The position numbers and the translations under genes were made by a program. From assembly GCA_051294375.1 (NCBI GenBank), contig CM119266.1:15996760-16060759 (forward strand): 64,000 nt of DNA. The letters are read 5' to 3'. Below, piece by piece: positions 12,882 through 32,924 of this stretch. How positions within the stretch are numbered: position 1 is the stretch's first letter; the number at the start of each line of letters is the position of its first letter. The notes under the pieces are model-generated. The model did not search any database. It saw only the letters and a list, made by a program, of their open reading frames with translations, and was not told where the DNA came from. The stretch comes from Paraspadella gotoi (Eukaryota; Animalia; Chaetognatha).

Positions 12882-13709
12882 ATTTTTTTTCTTTGGCCGC
12901 TTCGTAAATAAAGACTTGGGTTCTATTTTCAGGTTTCACCTTTTGGTTCTGATTTATGAGGTCGCCCCCCCCCATTTCACGTCGGCGTTTGCGTGAAACC
13001 GACGCTCGGCCTTTTGACAAAAGCTTCGCGAACTTCCGTTAAGGTTGGTGTGGGCGGCTTTTGGTTGTTGTTGTGCGTGGGTTGTTTTTTTTTCGGACTG
13101 GCGTTGTTTAACTCGTCATAGTTGTTGTTGTAGCCTTACGGTTAACTGTGGTGGGGATTTGAATTATTGTACGTAATTTAATATAATTTTAGAAGTTTTA
13201 TGGATTGATCTTTTTTTTTACACAAATTTCAGCGACAGAATAACAATTTCGCATAGATTCTACGTTTAAACGTTATTCCCTCAAGTGCCAAGAACCAAAC
13301 AGTCATGTCTAACAGTCAAGTGTTTCGAGACGCCACAACAGCCGCCACTAGATGCCAGCAACGCCCCGCTACACACCGAAGCGCCATCAGCGCCCGGGCG
13401 CGCCACTTCAAACCTTTTCTTTCGGTTCTGACAGTTTTGATTCTTTTTTTTTCCTTTCCTTTGTGTTCACCTTCTCCTTTCTTTTCTCCGCTCTTCCTCT
13501 TCCTCTCTAAGTGGCTCATTTTTCATATTTTGTCTCTTTACCTAAGTTCATCATTTGACGCTTTCCTGCTGGGCGGCTGGGAGAGGCTTAAGAAAAGAGA
13601 TAGAGAGGGAAAGAAAGGAACAATGGATTGAAGATAGTGAAGATTAGGGGGAGAGATGGAGTGAGAGAAGAGAGAGAGAGACATAGAAAGAGAGAGAGAG
13701 AGAGAGACT

Positions 13710-13751
<42 letters not shown>

Positions 13752-13962
13752 AGAGAAGAGAGAAGAGATATACCTATACCATATGAATTCTGAAGCTGAG
13801 TCGCCAACTGAGAATTTTGACGGACGATATTGAGGACGGAACGAAGAAGTTTGCCGTGAGCAACGAATCACCTAGTTTAGGTGATGGCATCTTTTTCTTT
13901 CATATTTCCATTTGTTTACTTTCTTTTTTTTGTGCCGATAATCGATTAGGTGGAAGAAAAGA

Positions 13963-14062
<100 letters not shown>

Positions 14063-15071
14063 AGAGAGAGAGATTTTTAGAAAAAGACGAGAGTGAGTGG
14101 AGAGGAAGTCGTGACAGGAAAGGGACTGCCGGAGGGTGAACGATGAAAACTTTAGATAAAAAAAAAATCAATTGATAGAAACAGTGAAAGAAACAAATTT
14201 CGTTCTCATGACGACGGTGAAGGTAAAGAAAGAAACGGAGTCACGCGATTCGGCCTTTCACAAAAATATTGACGAAAGGCTCCTTCGCAAAACGGTTTAC
14301 GTTAACCTCTCACACGCAACCTTTTTTGAACAAAGAAAACAGAGAGAAACACATAAGTTTTGGAATATTTTATCCTTTTTGCCCGTTTATTATTTTTGGA
14401 TGACCGTTGGCGATTGCAGTTGTGTAGTTTTAGTCCTGTCGTCTCTATCATGATTAAATTCAATTACATTCTAGTCTCGCCCCACATCCGGGGAGGCCAA
14501 TTCGCGTGTCTCTCTCGTGAGCCTCAAAGAAAGTTGGTCTTTGTCCCTGAATCGATTTGTGGGGACTGACAGTGAGTCGTTGACTGAGAGCCCGAGTTGA
14601 ATTCCTTTCTGATTTTTTTCTAAATACCCTAGTATAAACGCAACTTAAAACCTTTAGTTGAGTCCTGAACCCGTTTTGGCTTTCGTGTTCCCAACCAAAA
14701 GTGTGTCCATTAAATTTGCGTAGTTTGTTTGTTTTGTTTGACCCAGTGACGTTACAGTGATATCTTCTCATCTTCTTCCATTCTTTCCCTTTCTTGTCTC
14801 CATTCTTCCCACCGTCGCCGCCTTCGCCGCCGCCTTCACCGCCGATTCCCGTCATTTGTCCTCATTATAGGTTTTTCTTGTTCACCGCCCCGCGTCGCTA
14901 GAATCGGCGTCGCTTCGACTCAGGTTTCCCTTTTGTCAGGCGACGATTCACCTGAAGGAAATAAAAGCGATTCGAGCGTGAGGCTGGAAAAAACAGATAA
15001 ACTTTTGATGGAAACAAAAGATAAACGAAAACAAACGAAAGGATCACAACAAAAATACGAGTCTGAGGTTC

Positions 15072-15129
<58 letters not shown>

Positions 15130-15986
15130 AAAAAACAAACTCAAGTGATTTGAATATCTGTACCTCAACGCTGTCCTCCCTTTTTTTCCCTCAGCAAACG
15201 GAGACAACTCGCCACTGAGACAAGGGCCCCGGGAACCTGTTAGCGAGAAAGTTTTGGGTCAGAGGTCTGAAAAGGTCAGGGAAAAACCGAAAAGTCAAAA
15301 GCTATTAGGGAAAAAAGAAAAAAAATAAAGGCTCCCTCCCTCCCACGGACCAAGGTGTGTTTTGTGGGAGGGGAGGGCAGAGTGGGCGTTGCCATCGAGG
15401 TCTTTTCACTTAACGTAGACTTCACTGAAAAGTCTTCACCGTCCGGCAGACACCGGTGAAAAATTTTCAGCTAGAAAAGTGACTTGGATTGCGAGAGAGA
15501 AATTATTTCACACTCCATCTCGGTCTCAGTCTCAGGTTCTTCATCGAAATTCCAACCAGAATTAGTTCCATCGACATTTCCTACGCGAATGACGAAAATC
15601 ATCAGCCTTCGAAATGAAAAAAAAAAAGAAAAAAGAAAAAGGTAAGTCGAATCTGGAAGCCACCGTGTCCCTTTCTCTCTTGTATTTCTCTTACCAAAAC
15701 GTTCCTCTCACCGCAGCGACCCTCGAGGCTCCGGCGTCGTTTTCGCTAACGTCTCCTTCATTACCTGTCCATCATTTTGACGACGTCGCTCATTACGACC
15801 CCATTTTCCCATTCCGTCGGAGTCATAAAGGTTGGACGAGGATCGGTAACACGGCTCACGCGGTCATTTTTTTTTTCAGAATGTTACCTATTTTCTATAT
15901 TGCTGTACAATATTATCCTAAATTGGTGTTCTTTCCCGTAACAAAACAAGATTATAAATAATATAAATAAATAACGAATAAATAAC

Positions 15987-16075
15987 ATTTTCAGTCTTTT
16001 AAATATTTTCAGTTTTTTTAATATTTTCAGTCATTTTTAATATTTTCAGTCATTTTTAATATTTTCAGTCTTTTT
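15987..16075. repeat. AT-rich minisatellite, unit about AATATTTTCAGTCATTTTT, about 5 copies
   Basis: ATTTTCAGT recurs five times at about 18-20-bp spacing. Confidence 0.85.
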
Positions 16076-16626
16076 CCTCCTTCCTTTTTCCTTTCGTTCT
16101 CTCCTTTCTCGTTGCACTTTCCTCCCAAATTCTCCCCGCGGACCCGAAGCAGCCAACCTTCCTCCTTTCCATTTTCCTAACCTGTTTCAGCCTTTCCATC
16201 CTCTAACCCTTTATTTTGTTTTCCTTTTTTTTTCTTTCTTTTCCGTTGATGAATTTCCGAAGCCCGAGTCTTTCAAAGCCTCTCGTGGGGATCACCTTGC
16301 TCCCGATTCCATTACCATCAAATTGTTTCACTCTCTTTTCCTTTGTTCCCTAAATTCTTTCTTTCCCTTTCGCCCTGCCTCTTTTCCTTTCTTTTTTCGT
16401 TCACCTTTTTGCAAGTACAAAGGATTCATTGCGCTTGTTTATTCCTAACAGGTAATTATTATTCAATGAGAAATATTGTGTTATGCTTAACTTTTTCTTA
16501 TTATAATACTTCTCTCACTCTTCCTCTCTATCTCTTCCTCTCCTTCTCTCTCTCTCTCTCTCTCTCTCTTCTCGTCTCCTTTCCTCTCTCTCTCCTTTTC
16601 TCTCTCTCTCTCTCTCTCTTTTCTCT

Positions 16627-16711
<85 letters not shown>

Positions 16712-18312
16712 TCTCTCTCTCCCACGTCCCTCTCCCACCACTTTCTCCCTCGATGTCTCCCTTCAGGTGTGACAAATCACCTTCGGAATAATTGAATTTA
16801 GCGTCGAGAGCCGTCGGGGCCGGAGGAGGCGGTGGAAGCCGAATTGGGCGGAGGCTGCGGCGACGGTAGCGGCGGCGGCGGCGGCTGCGGTGCCGACGAT
16901 CAATGGCAGAAAGAAAAAAATCGCGATGGAAACGAAATGACGGGTGGGGCGGATTAAATACAAATTAAAAGCGAATATATATATCAGGCGTAAAATCGGT
17001 CGAAAGGCGACGTTCCCAACTTCACATAAATTCCCAGAGTTACATCCTTTCTTTCAATATTTGTACCGAAACTAAACTTTCTAAAGCAACGCGCATTTAC
17101 TCACTCGCTTACTCATTCGCCCACTCAGAACAAAAGCCACCCTCCCAACTTCTGCCGTCGTAAAGAATATTTTGGTTGGCAGTATTTCCATTCTTTCTTC
17201 CACCTCTTCTTCTTCTGCCTCCTCCTCCTCCTCTTTCTCCTCCTCTTCCTCCTCCTCCTCCTCAAGTTCTCAAGCCGTTCATTTTAGGTAAACCGAAATT
17301 GAGGTAGAAAAATGGAAAGTTTTACAAACTAATGTTCGAAGCGGCGGGAGCGACTGCGGTGGCAGCGGGCGCGCCGGCGGCGGCGGCGGTAGAGTTTGCT
17401 TATGGCACAGACTAATGATGGAGGCGGAGTCCCGAAAGGAGGAGAGAGAAAAGGAGGCACAGGTTAAAGATGGAAAAGGAAAAAGTTAAAATGAGAAAAA
17501 GGAGGAAGAGGAAAGGCGAGGAAGAGGGAAGGGTCTGGAAGTAAAAAGAAAAGGGGTTGATGGTAAAACGACTAAAGTCGTAAGATAAATTTATAAATAA
17601 CAAGTAAAATATAGAGAAGGAAATGTGATAGAAAAGTAGAAAAGAATCTGCGTTTTAAAAACAATTTTGTTATATAAAAATATAACTATCACAATTTTAA
17701 ATCAGGAAAGTCCAATAGTAGACACTAGACAATTTATATTTGTAAGATTGTAAAAGAAAACAAAGTAACGGAAAGTACGGTGCGAGGCTGCGGTCGAAAA
17801 GTCTTTCGTATCAATTTGAGGCGAAGTGGAGGTGAAGCGAAATGGAACCGCCGCCCGCGCCCCTGGCGGAGACAGAGAAGAATGAACTCAATTGCGAAAC
17901 AAAAGATTCCACGATAGGCGAAACTCTTTCAATGTTCCGATTTTCGGCTAACTAGGTTTTCAGACCATTGAATTAAAATAAATATGATTACTCATTTGAT
18001 TAGTTGCTTCGATATCTACGATGTTAACCGACAATATTTGAAGCCTCTACCTAATTCATAGTAAAACTTTTCAAAGAAAAAAAAAGGATATAATACTAAT
18101 AAAAACGCGAACCGTCAGCGAATACTTATTAAGCGTCGTGACTGAAAAACTTAAAAAACAGCCAATTAGGCGCCGATTTTTCCCATTTTTTTAATTTGGC
18201 TTCTTTTTGCCTAAAAATTTCGCAGAGAGAAATTCGAAATTACGACTTTTCTTATGAAGCGAGGAATCGTCGACGCCGAGAGAGAAAGAGACAGGGAAAA
18301 TGAAAATTAGAG

Positions 18313-18366
<54 letters not shown>

Positions 18367-18679
18367 GAGTAGAGAGAGGAGGGGGGGGATAAAAAAAAAG
18401 AAGTAAGAGACGATATGGAAATAGGATGAAGTTCGTTAGAAAGCCCACTAAATAAAAGAGAGAGTGAGAAAGAAAAAAAATTTGCCGAAATGAAGGAATA
18501 TGAAAAAAATGAAAAGAAAAGAAAATAATTGAGTAAAAACGAAGAAAATTGGAGAAGAGAATAAAAGAATAAAAGACGCCATCTTTGCTGCCAGAAAATA
18601 GAGAAACCACGTGAATAAAAAAAATTGCGAATGATAAAAAAAGTAAAATTAAAAAATGCCTTTTTATGCCTTAATTTTT

Positions 18680-18763
<84 letters not shown>

Positions 18764-19203
18764 CTCTCTCCATTTGCTCCGTTTTAATTAGTTGCCCTTT
18801 TGTTTATGAGCCTACCGGCGGCGGCGTCGGCGGCGTCGCTTTATGCAAAAGACGCCGAGCGGGAGGGACGCCTTTTGTTTTTGGCCGAGATTCTGACCTT
18901 CGAAAGATGGCGCTGCGTTGAGGGACGTCGAAGTGTTTTAAGGTGCAGCCAACGAAAGGAACAGTGATGGCGATGAAGAGGAGGATGAGGACGAAGAAGT
19001 CGAACGCAAAAATTGGCGCCACAAAAATCGAAAACTGAAAAGAAAAAAAAAGTCTCAAGGAGGGAAAGAGAAAGAGGTCCAAGATGTTCTTAATAGACAG
19101 GAATATTCAGGAGAAAATCAGACAAAAGCTCAAAAGAACGAATTGAATGAGAAACAGAGAAAGAGAGAAGAGAGAGAAGAGAGAGAGAGAGAGAGGAGAC
19201 GAG

Positions 19204-19241
<38 letters not shown>

Positions 19242-20869
19242 AGAGAAGAGAAGAGAGAGAGAGAGAGAAATTTGTTCCTCTCTCCTTGAATTTCTCGGGA
19301 TAAGCAATTCTCGAGCGGATTCTTCTCTTTCGTGTTCCTCTTCTTTTTTATTTGGATTCTTTCTTTTAGCCTTTTTTTCTTTCTTTTTTCTTTCCTTTTT
19401 TTCCCCCTTTCTTTCCACTCGGGGACGAAATCTTGTCAATCTTAGTTTCTTTAGCGCCTTTGATCGAGAAAGTTTTTTTTTTCTTTTATGAGGTGAGCCG
19501 AGAAAACTGGAGGGAAAATTATTGCGAAAGGATTTTATTAATTTCTTTGTTTCGACAGCGACGTCTCTCTCTCTCTCCCTCTCTCCAGCTTTTCCCCACT
19601 GGAGACGGAGACAAGATTCAATTTGCATATTACGGTTGTCTATTTCGATGCCCTTCACTCGAGCTTTTAAAAATATTAGCGCTTTAAAAGTAAAAGTAAG
19701 GAGGGATTTTCTGGGAAATATGAAGTAGATAACTTTGCCGCATTCAACGTCGACATTTTCCTCGTCTCGGTGTTCCTTCTTCCACGTTATGAAGGAAGAG
19801 TAAATGAGGAGAAAATAATCTGCTGAGGTGGCGGGAAATTCGACGCAAATTCATTTTTAGGAACCTTCGATCGCTCGCGACGTTTCCGAGTTTCATCGAG
19901 GTCCTGCGGTTACTGAATTCCGAGTCGAAAATGGAGCCGAGATGAAGGAAGACAATTTTGCTTTGATTTTTATTTTCTGCGAATTTGCGACATCGACGAC
20001 GACGACGATTACGACAACAAAGAAAAAAATGAGGACGACGGCGACGACAAAAAGAAAGTAACTTATTTTCAAAATCCTTTTGAAACAAACTAAAACAATT
20101 TCTTCATCAACACAAAGAGCCTTGGAGTTTCATCGGACGGAAATGGGTTAATTTCAATTTCTTGAGTTTGAGGCGGCGGCAAAGGCGGTAGTGGCGGCGC
20201 TGACGCCGGTACATTCGGTCGCGGCGGCGGCGGCGTTGTCCTCGAGAAAAGCGGATGAGACGTTTGAGGTGTGTCTCGCGCTGAAGTCAGCGGAATCCGT
20301 GGAGGGCGTCAGGGGCTTTCGACAGAGTGATGATGGTTCTGGGAAGAAGGGTTATTGGGGGTTGTGGCGACAGTCGAAATTGCATATTGGAAAAAGGAAG
20401 GAGACGCCTCGGTTTTATGGAATGAGTGTGCGGGTTTTATGGACAAGACTGAGAGAATATAAAGAAAGGAACTTTTACGAAGTCCGATTTTCTCACTTTC
20501 TCAACTCCAGTGACTTGAGCGACGTCTTAGCGAAAAGTTACAGAAAAACGAGTATTCGTTTAAATACTATCGAGCTTGAACAAGATGAAAGGATGAGGAG
20601 AATTACGCTTAGGTGAGTGTCTAACTTATTCCCCCCCCCCGCGTCACCAAGTTCGTTGAACCCAAAACCTCACGAGGTCCACTCAAACCTTCACCTCACC
20701 CGATCCCCTCTTTTCAAGCCCTCAACTCACAAGGTCTTCCTCCGCCGTGAGACCATCAATCAGCCCCGTCCTTCCTTATTCCCGATTCCTGCTTACGCAA
20801 ACGTTTACGCTTTTCACAACCAATTTGGCGCCCCAAGAATCTTCCACACCGCGCCGCTAGAAAAGCGCT

Positions 20870-20901
<32 letters not shown>

Positions 20902-21450
20902 AAGAGAAAGAAAGAGACTTTCTTCTGCAAAGGTTTTTTCTGCCGCTTTTCGGGCAACCGGTGCTGACGAGGACTGAAACTTTTGCCATTTGCACTTTGC
21001 AACATAAATACGGGTCTAACTCTGGAAAAAGTTTTTGTCAACCTACAATGTAGTTTTCTATAAGAGTTTATACAGGTTATATGTCTAAAATAATTAAATT
21101 AACACATTTTACACAAGTGAAAACTATTATTTTCGTTTTTAACTAAAACTGTGTTTCTTTCATTTTTTCCCCGTCGCTTTTCCGTCAACGAATTCCCAAA
21201 ATGATACGATGCCAAATATGTTTAAAAAAAGGATTTTCCAATCCTGACGCTTTTCTTACGAGAATCTGAATTCAAAAGAACAGAGCGCTTTCTTTCGGAA
21301 GCTCTTCCTTTTTTTTTTTTGCAAAAATAAAGAAAAGGCAAATGAATAATTGCTAATGAGTCCAGACCTCTTGACAAGAGAAATGAGCGGAGAGTAGGGA
21401 AATAAAAAGAAAACGAGGGAGACTCTTTTTCAAGGTGCTTAATGAGAGAG

Positions 21451-21505
<55 letters not shown>

Positions 21506-21698
21506 GAGAGAGAGAGAGAGAATGAAAAACTAAAGTGAGCTACGGAAATCGTTTTTTTTCTCTATTTCAAAGCCATTAAAACTAATTACCATACCTTTAA
21601 CATTCGAACGAACGTAAAAAAGCTACGAGGAACAGAATTAGAGGCGATGATGATAGAACTTGATGGGCGGGAGACAGAGACGAATCTTGATGAGAGAG

Positions 21699-21780
<82 letters not shown>

Positions 21781-22217
21781 TATGTTTTTATTAATATATG
21801 AAACATTGTTTATAGTAAAATGTTCTCTCTGATCAACGATTTACAAATGTAAATTTTGTGCACTTTCTATGTATTTTTCTATGGCCAATCGCATAAAATA
21901 ATGGATGAGATAACTTTTAAAATTATTAGTTTTCTAAACTAATCTTAAACCTTTAACGCAGCACATATGATTCTCTTCTCTTTTCGGCCACAGTTGTCTC
22001 ACGAGTCTTTCTCGATGTCACGTGAGCAGGGACGATCGGTTCAGCTTCATAATTCATTTACCTCCCGCCGGGTGCAGAAAAGGGATTAGTGAAATAATAA
22101 AAGAACAACGTCATTTACCTGCGGGGAAAGGAACGAGCGAGATAGAAAGACAGATAGAGAGAGAGAGAAAATAACGATGAGCAATGCGACAAAAATGAAA
22201 AATAATGGAAAAAGAAG

Positions 22218-22282
22218 GGAGTGGAGAATAACGGGGAGTGTGAATTAAAAGGGAGGAGTGGAGAATAACGGGGAGTGTGAAT
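22218..22282. repeat. Direct repeat GGAGTGGAGAATAACGGGGAGTGTGAAT x2
   Basis: Two exact 28-mers about 37 bp apart, just beyond the 3' side of the SINE-like element. Confidence 0.85.
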
Positions 22283-22324
22283 GAATGGTGAATATGTGGA
22301 TGGATTTATGGATGGTGTGGATAT

Positions 22325-22481
22325 TTGATACTCGGGGCGCTGGATATCTACAATTGACGGCGGACCCTCCAAGTGACCGCTTCCTGTCCACTGGTAAGTT
22401 TATAGCCAGAATCGGGAACCCAGGGATTGAACCTGCACTCAGAGTTGAAACGAGATGATTTAGCCCGCTGAGCATTGAGAC
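22325..22481 (-). mobile_element. tRNA-derived SINE-like element or tRNA pseudogene (3' boundary uncertain)
   Basis: Minus strand GTCTCAAT(G)GCTCAGCGGGCTAA (A-box at about 22474-22465), then 31 nt, then GGTTCAATCCC (B-box 22433-22423). The D-stem does not pair, so this is not a functional tRNA. Confidence 0.55.
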
Positions 22482-22873
22482 AAAAGTGAGGCAGCTTTTA
22501 AGTCGTACTTCCACAATTGGAGTAAATACTTTTCGTTTATCATTTTAATAAATTTTGATTTTTAGTCGTAGGACAGAGAGGAGAAACATGACTTTGAGGA
22601 TGTGAATACTTTATGTGTACGTAGTTTGAGCAGTGAAAGTGATTGGAGTGGTGAGGAACGGGAACCGAAGTCAAGAGTGAAGAAAAAGGGGGGTGATAGA
22701 TCCGAGAAATGGGAGTGGGACCGGGTGGTGTGAAATACTTGGATTGCAGTTTGATATCTTTAATCTCCCTTCGCACTTCCAGATGCCTTTACTCTCGAAA
22801 TTGTTTGATTAAGGCGTACATCGAATATCACAACAACGACGAAAAAAAAATGGCCGGTTTCTCTTTCAAATTT

Positions 22874-22965
<92 letters not shown>

Positions 22966-23894
22966 ATCTTTTATTTTTAAGTAGAATTTAAAAAAAAAAA
23001 CATCCGTTCGTGGTGTTGTTCATTTGTCCAATTTCCACCACGAATGATCATCGCGCGCACCTGTGGTGAGAGAGAGAGAGCGAAGAGGGATGAAGTAATA
23101 TTCCCATCATCGCCGAGAAAGAGAGGCGAGAGAGGCAAAAAGAGAGGTGGGGGGAAGAGAAAGAGAGAGGAGGCATTGAAAACCGCGTCGACGCCGCCCG
23201 GAGAATCCGCTCACCCGATTGGTTCGATATGTTCCTGCCGGGCGAAGCTTCGCGACCGGCGATTGGCTGAAATCCCAAAACAAAACCGGCTCGGGCGAAT
23301 CGGCGTATTCACATGTGGCGGCGCGCGGTGTGAGAAACGAGAACATTAATCCTATCAAACTCGTGATTATCAGTCAGGCGTAAATGATAATTATCCGCGT
23401 GAGGCCGGAGGAAGAGGAGGAGGAGGAAGGAGTGGGATGGGGGAAAAGGCGAAGGTGAGAAGAAGGAAGAGAGATAAAGTTTCCATACCTTTAATTTAAC
23501 AATAAAGGTAGGGACATAAGTTGTTATTATGTAAATGTTCAGTTTGATTATACTTATAAATAGATACGTATCTACAAAAAATCATTTAAATACTCGAGAA
23601 ACCATTTTTTTCAATCGATTCTTTCAAAGTTTTTCGGAGCAAAGGTTTCAACATTTTTTAGTCTTTTTTTCCTCTTTTTTTCCCTTTTTTTCCTTTTTTC
23701 CCTTTTTTTCTTTTTTTCCCTTTTTTCCCTTTTTTTCTTTTTTTCCCCTCTTTTTCCCCTGAACAGGAGAAAAGAGGAGGAACAAACGACGGCGACGTCA
23801 TCTCAAAAACGTCATCCAAAACGACATAAGAAAAAGAAGGATCCCATTCGCCACGCGGAAAAATGCCGTTTTTCTTTCTCCTTTCCCCCCTTTA

Positions 23895-23975
<81 letters not shown>

Positions 23976-24041
23976 CTCTTTTCACTTCCATTCAAAATCA
24001 TTACCACGAAATTCAGTTTTATTTTTTTTTTACTCTCGTTT

Positions 24042-24096
<55 letters not shown>

Positions 24097-25035
24097 CGTC
24101 TCTCTCTCTCTCTCTCTCGTCTTTCTCTCTCCTTTTTTTTTTTGGAAGAGAGGGGAAAGGAGAGAAGAAGCCACCTCTCATTAGAAAAAAAAGTTTCTTT
24201 TCTTTTTTTTTTTGAGAGAGAAAAATCTTTCATAAGGAAGTCCTCCTGGGATCGATTGAAACGGCGACTTTTTAACCTCCGTCTTTGTTACGAGAAAACG
24301 GGAAGATTTTTCTTCGCGGTTTTTCGGGCCTTCGGTGGAGCGAAGGCGGAGATGCGCGTACGGAGCTGCTCGCACGTGATGCGCGCGCCCGGGCGATCTC
24401 GCATGTGATGTACACGCAATTGAGGGGCTCATTTTGGGTTGGTTTTAGGCGAGATTGTGCTACCTCGTGAAATCGATTCTGTCATTGTAACCTTAATTTT
24501 CGAAGCTAATTAGCGACATGTATAAAATTTTTAAAAATCGATTATAGCAGACATTTTTCGGGTGATAATGTTTATTTACCAGAAAACGAGAAAGGTCAAT
24601 CGCAAAAATGAAATGAAAAAGGTTGTGAAAGGTATATATAATTAAGAAAAGTTTGATTGTATTAGTTCGTATATATATGATGGTTAGATCACGTGTAGAT
24701 ACAAAAAATTAAAATTAAAAAGAGAATAAAAAGGAGAGGTTGAGGAAAGAATCGCCTCGCGGCGCCACTGACAACGCTGCTGGCGCAGTACCGTGAGTCC
24801 TTCGATTCTGCGTGGCCGGTCGATAACGCCGGGCGTCACTTCCTCCAGTGACTCTCTTCCGGCGCCAATGTAAGAGTCGTGGTTCCCTTAAAATCTTCAT
24901 TAAAACTTTTTTTCGACTTTTTCGACTTTTTCGACTTCAGAAAATCCGAAATCGAAGAACCGATGACCAAGAAACTCGTCAAATGTTTGCCAATTCCTGA
25001 CGCATCAAAACTAATGATTACGATCCAAATTAAAT

Positions 25036-25128
<93 letters not shown>

Positions 25129-25414
25129 TCTCCCATTTTTTCGGCTCCCGACGAAGTAGAAACATCCGAGAAAGAGATGAGCGCGAAGATGCAAGCACGC
25201 AAATATGCAAATGAATTTAAAGGGTGGGGGAAAAAAAAGAGAAAAGCCTTTTCTGTGTATTGTGTTCTTCTTATTTCTGTTTCCGACGTCTTTTGTCTAG
25301 GAGGAAAAGCTGGGTAAAAAGAAATCCTTCGGCGTTTCATATTCCATCAAGATCATTAGAATACCAAAAAATCATCATTAGAATATTTCCTAATGACAAG
25401 CGCTCGTCACTCTT

Positions 25415-25446
<32 letters not shown>

Positions 25447-25449
25447 CTC

Positions 25450-25484
<35 letters not shown>

Positions 25485-27183
25485 GTTTTTCTCTCCCCGT
25501 CGGTCTCTCAATCGCGTTCCACGTCGTCGTTGTGTTGTTTGCAACTTTTTTTTCCCTTCGTTCACCAGAGAGAAAAGAGAAAAGTTTCTTCGGTTAAAAA
25601 ATGCAAAATTCGTCGCAACGAAACTTCGGTGCAATCGTTATTACATCCTTCGTTAACTGTTGAGGAGAAAATTTGAGAATCCCATAGCGAATTTATACGG
25701 TCTTCGTCATCGGTGTCGAAAAGTGACCACACAACTCCAAATTAAATATTTGAGAATTATAAAAACAGTTAAATATACTTTCTATGATATAAATTTAATT
25801 ACTGGTTTAGATTCAAAATAATAAAACATGAGGAGAAACAGGAGAAGGATTTACGAAAAAATAGAGGAAAAAAAAGAACATAAAAAGTATTAAAAAAAGA
25901 ATAAAAATATCTATACAAAGTTTGAAATTTTCACATATCTACAGTCTCTTCACATTGACGAAAGAATGGACAAGCTTTTGTCTCACAACCCTGGTGGGTA
26001 GAGCCTCTTCTTCTTTGTCGATATCCCTTCATCATTCTCTCAATAGAACCACCAACCCAGGACATACCCCACCATCATTCCAAAGCCCTCGCCCACCCGC
26101 CAACCACTCGTCGAACCCTCCGGTCCCAAAATACGATAAGAAGCTCGATTAGTTTCCGGCGGGACCCGAAATTTTGGAAAACTTTTTTTCCCTTTGCCTC
26201 TACCTATTGTTTTTATTTTCCTTTTTTTTTTCTTTTTTCTGAAAAGGATTAATGATGGAGTAAAAAGTCTTAAAGAAAACAAGGCCGTAACCCAAAAACA
26301 TATTTATTTCCCCATATTGGGTTGTGAATGACGCTGTAATAATTCACGAAATATTTTCGGAATTTCGGCCAAAAAACGAACAGAGGTAAAGAGAATGAAT
26401 GAATGAAACGAGGAGAGAGTAATAGATATGAATACTTTTTGCTCCGGAATTGCTTCAGAACATGATAAAAATCCTAAAACCAATAATTGTAATCTTCTGA
26501 TACATTTTTAGTTATTCTTTCATTTGATGCTCCGTGCTCACTGCTCCACCGCCCGCACAAACCCCCCCCCTCTTCCGCTTCATCAGGTAGTTCATTTCTT
26601 CGCCAAATTTTCTCCACTTTTTCCCAAACTCGAAAAACTTGGAGCCTTCGTCTTCGAAAACCTTTTTTTTTTTATCGGCGAAAGGAGGGAAATTTCCGAT
26701 GTTTTCTTTTCGATGATGAAGCACCTGCCAAAAAGACGCCCCCTGGGACACACCATCGACCCCTCGCCCCAACGGGGCAACCCACAACCCCTTTCTCGCC
26801 CTCGGGCGGCACCCACTCCTTCGCCTTCTCGCGACACCCCAGCACCACACCACGTAGTCCCAAAAGTTGGAAATATACAGACATCGAGTTTCATTAAAAA
26901 ACGTTCGCACATTATCAGCGAATAAATAAATAATTTTCGTATAAAAATATTTAACTTTAATGCATCGAACATGAGAGATCCCGAGATCGAATACGTCATT
27001 TCGTATCTTTTTAATGTTAAAGACGGTCAAGCCGGTCAAAAAAGAACAAAAGATACTAGCGAACCTGGCGGATATTTGCGAACTTTTCATAAAAAGAGCA
27101 TCTTTTGCCTGTGAATCTGACGATGAGTTTAGTTTTTTTTATAACATAGGTCTTATTANNNNNNNNNNNNNNNNNNNNNNNNN

Positions 27184-32899
<5,716 letters not shown>

Positions 32900-32924
32900 N
32901 NNNNNNNNNNNNNNNNNNNNNNNN

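Larger units (their letters stand above)
21592..27158 (+). repeat. Block A copy 1 (about 5.6 kb)
   Basis: Begins TACCTTTAACATTCGAACG, ends ATAACATAGGTCTTATTA followed by 25 N; re-occurs at 27184-32899 and partly at 32925-35654. Confidence 0.95.

Noticed and set aside
22415-22481. Functional tRNA gene (also considered for 55405-55466)
   Set aside because: A and B boxes are present but the D and anticodon stems do not form a cloverleaf; treated as SINE-like heads.
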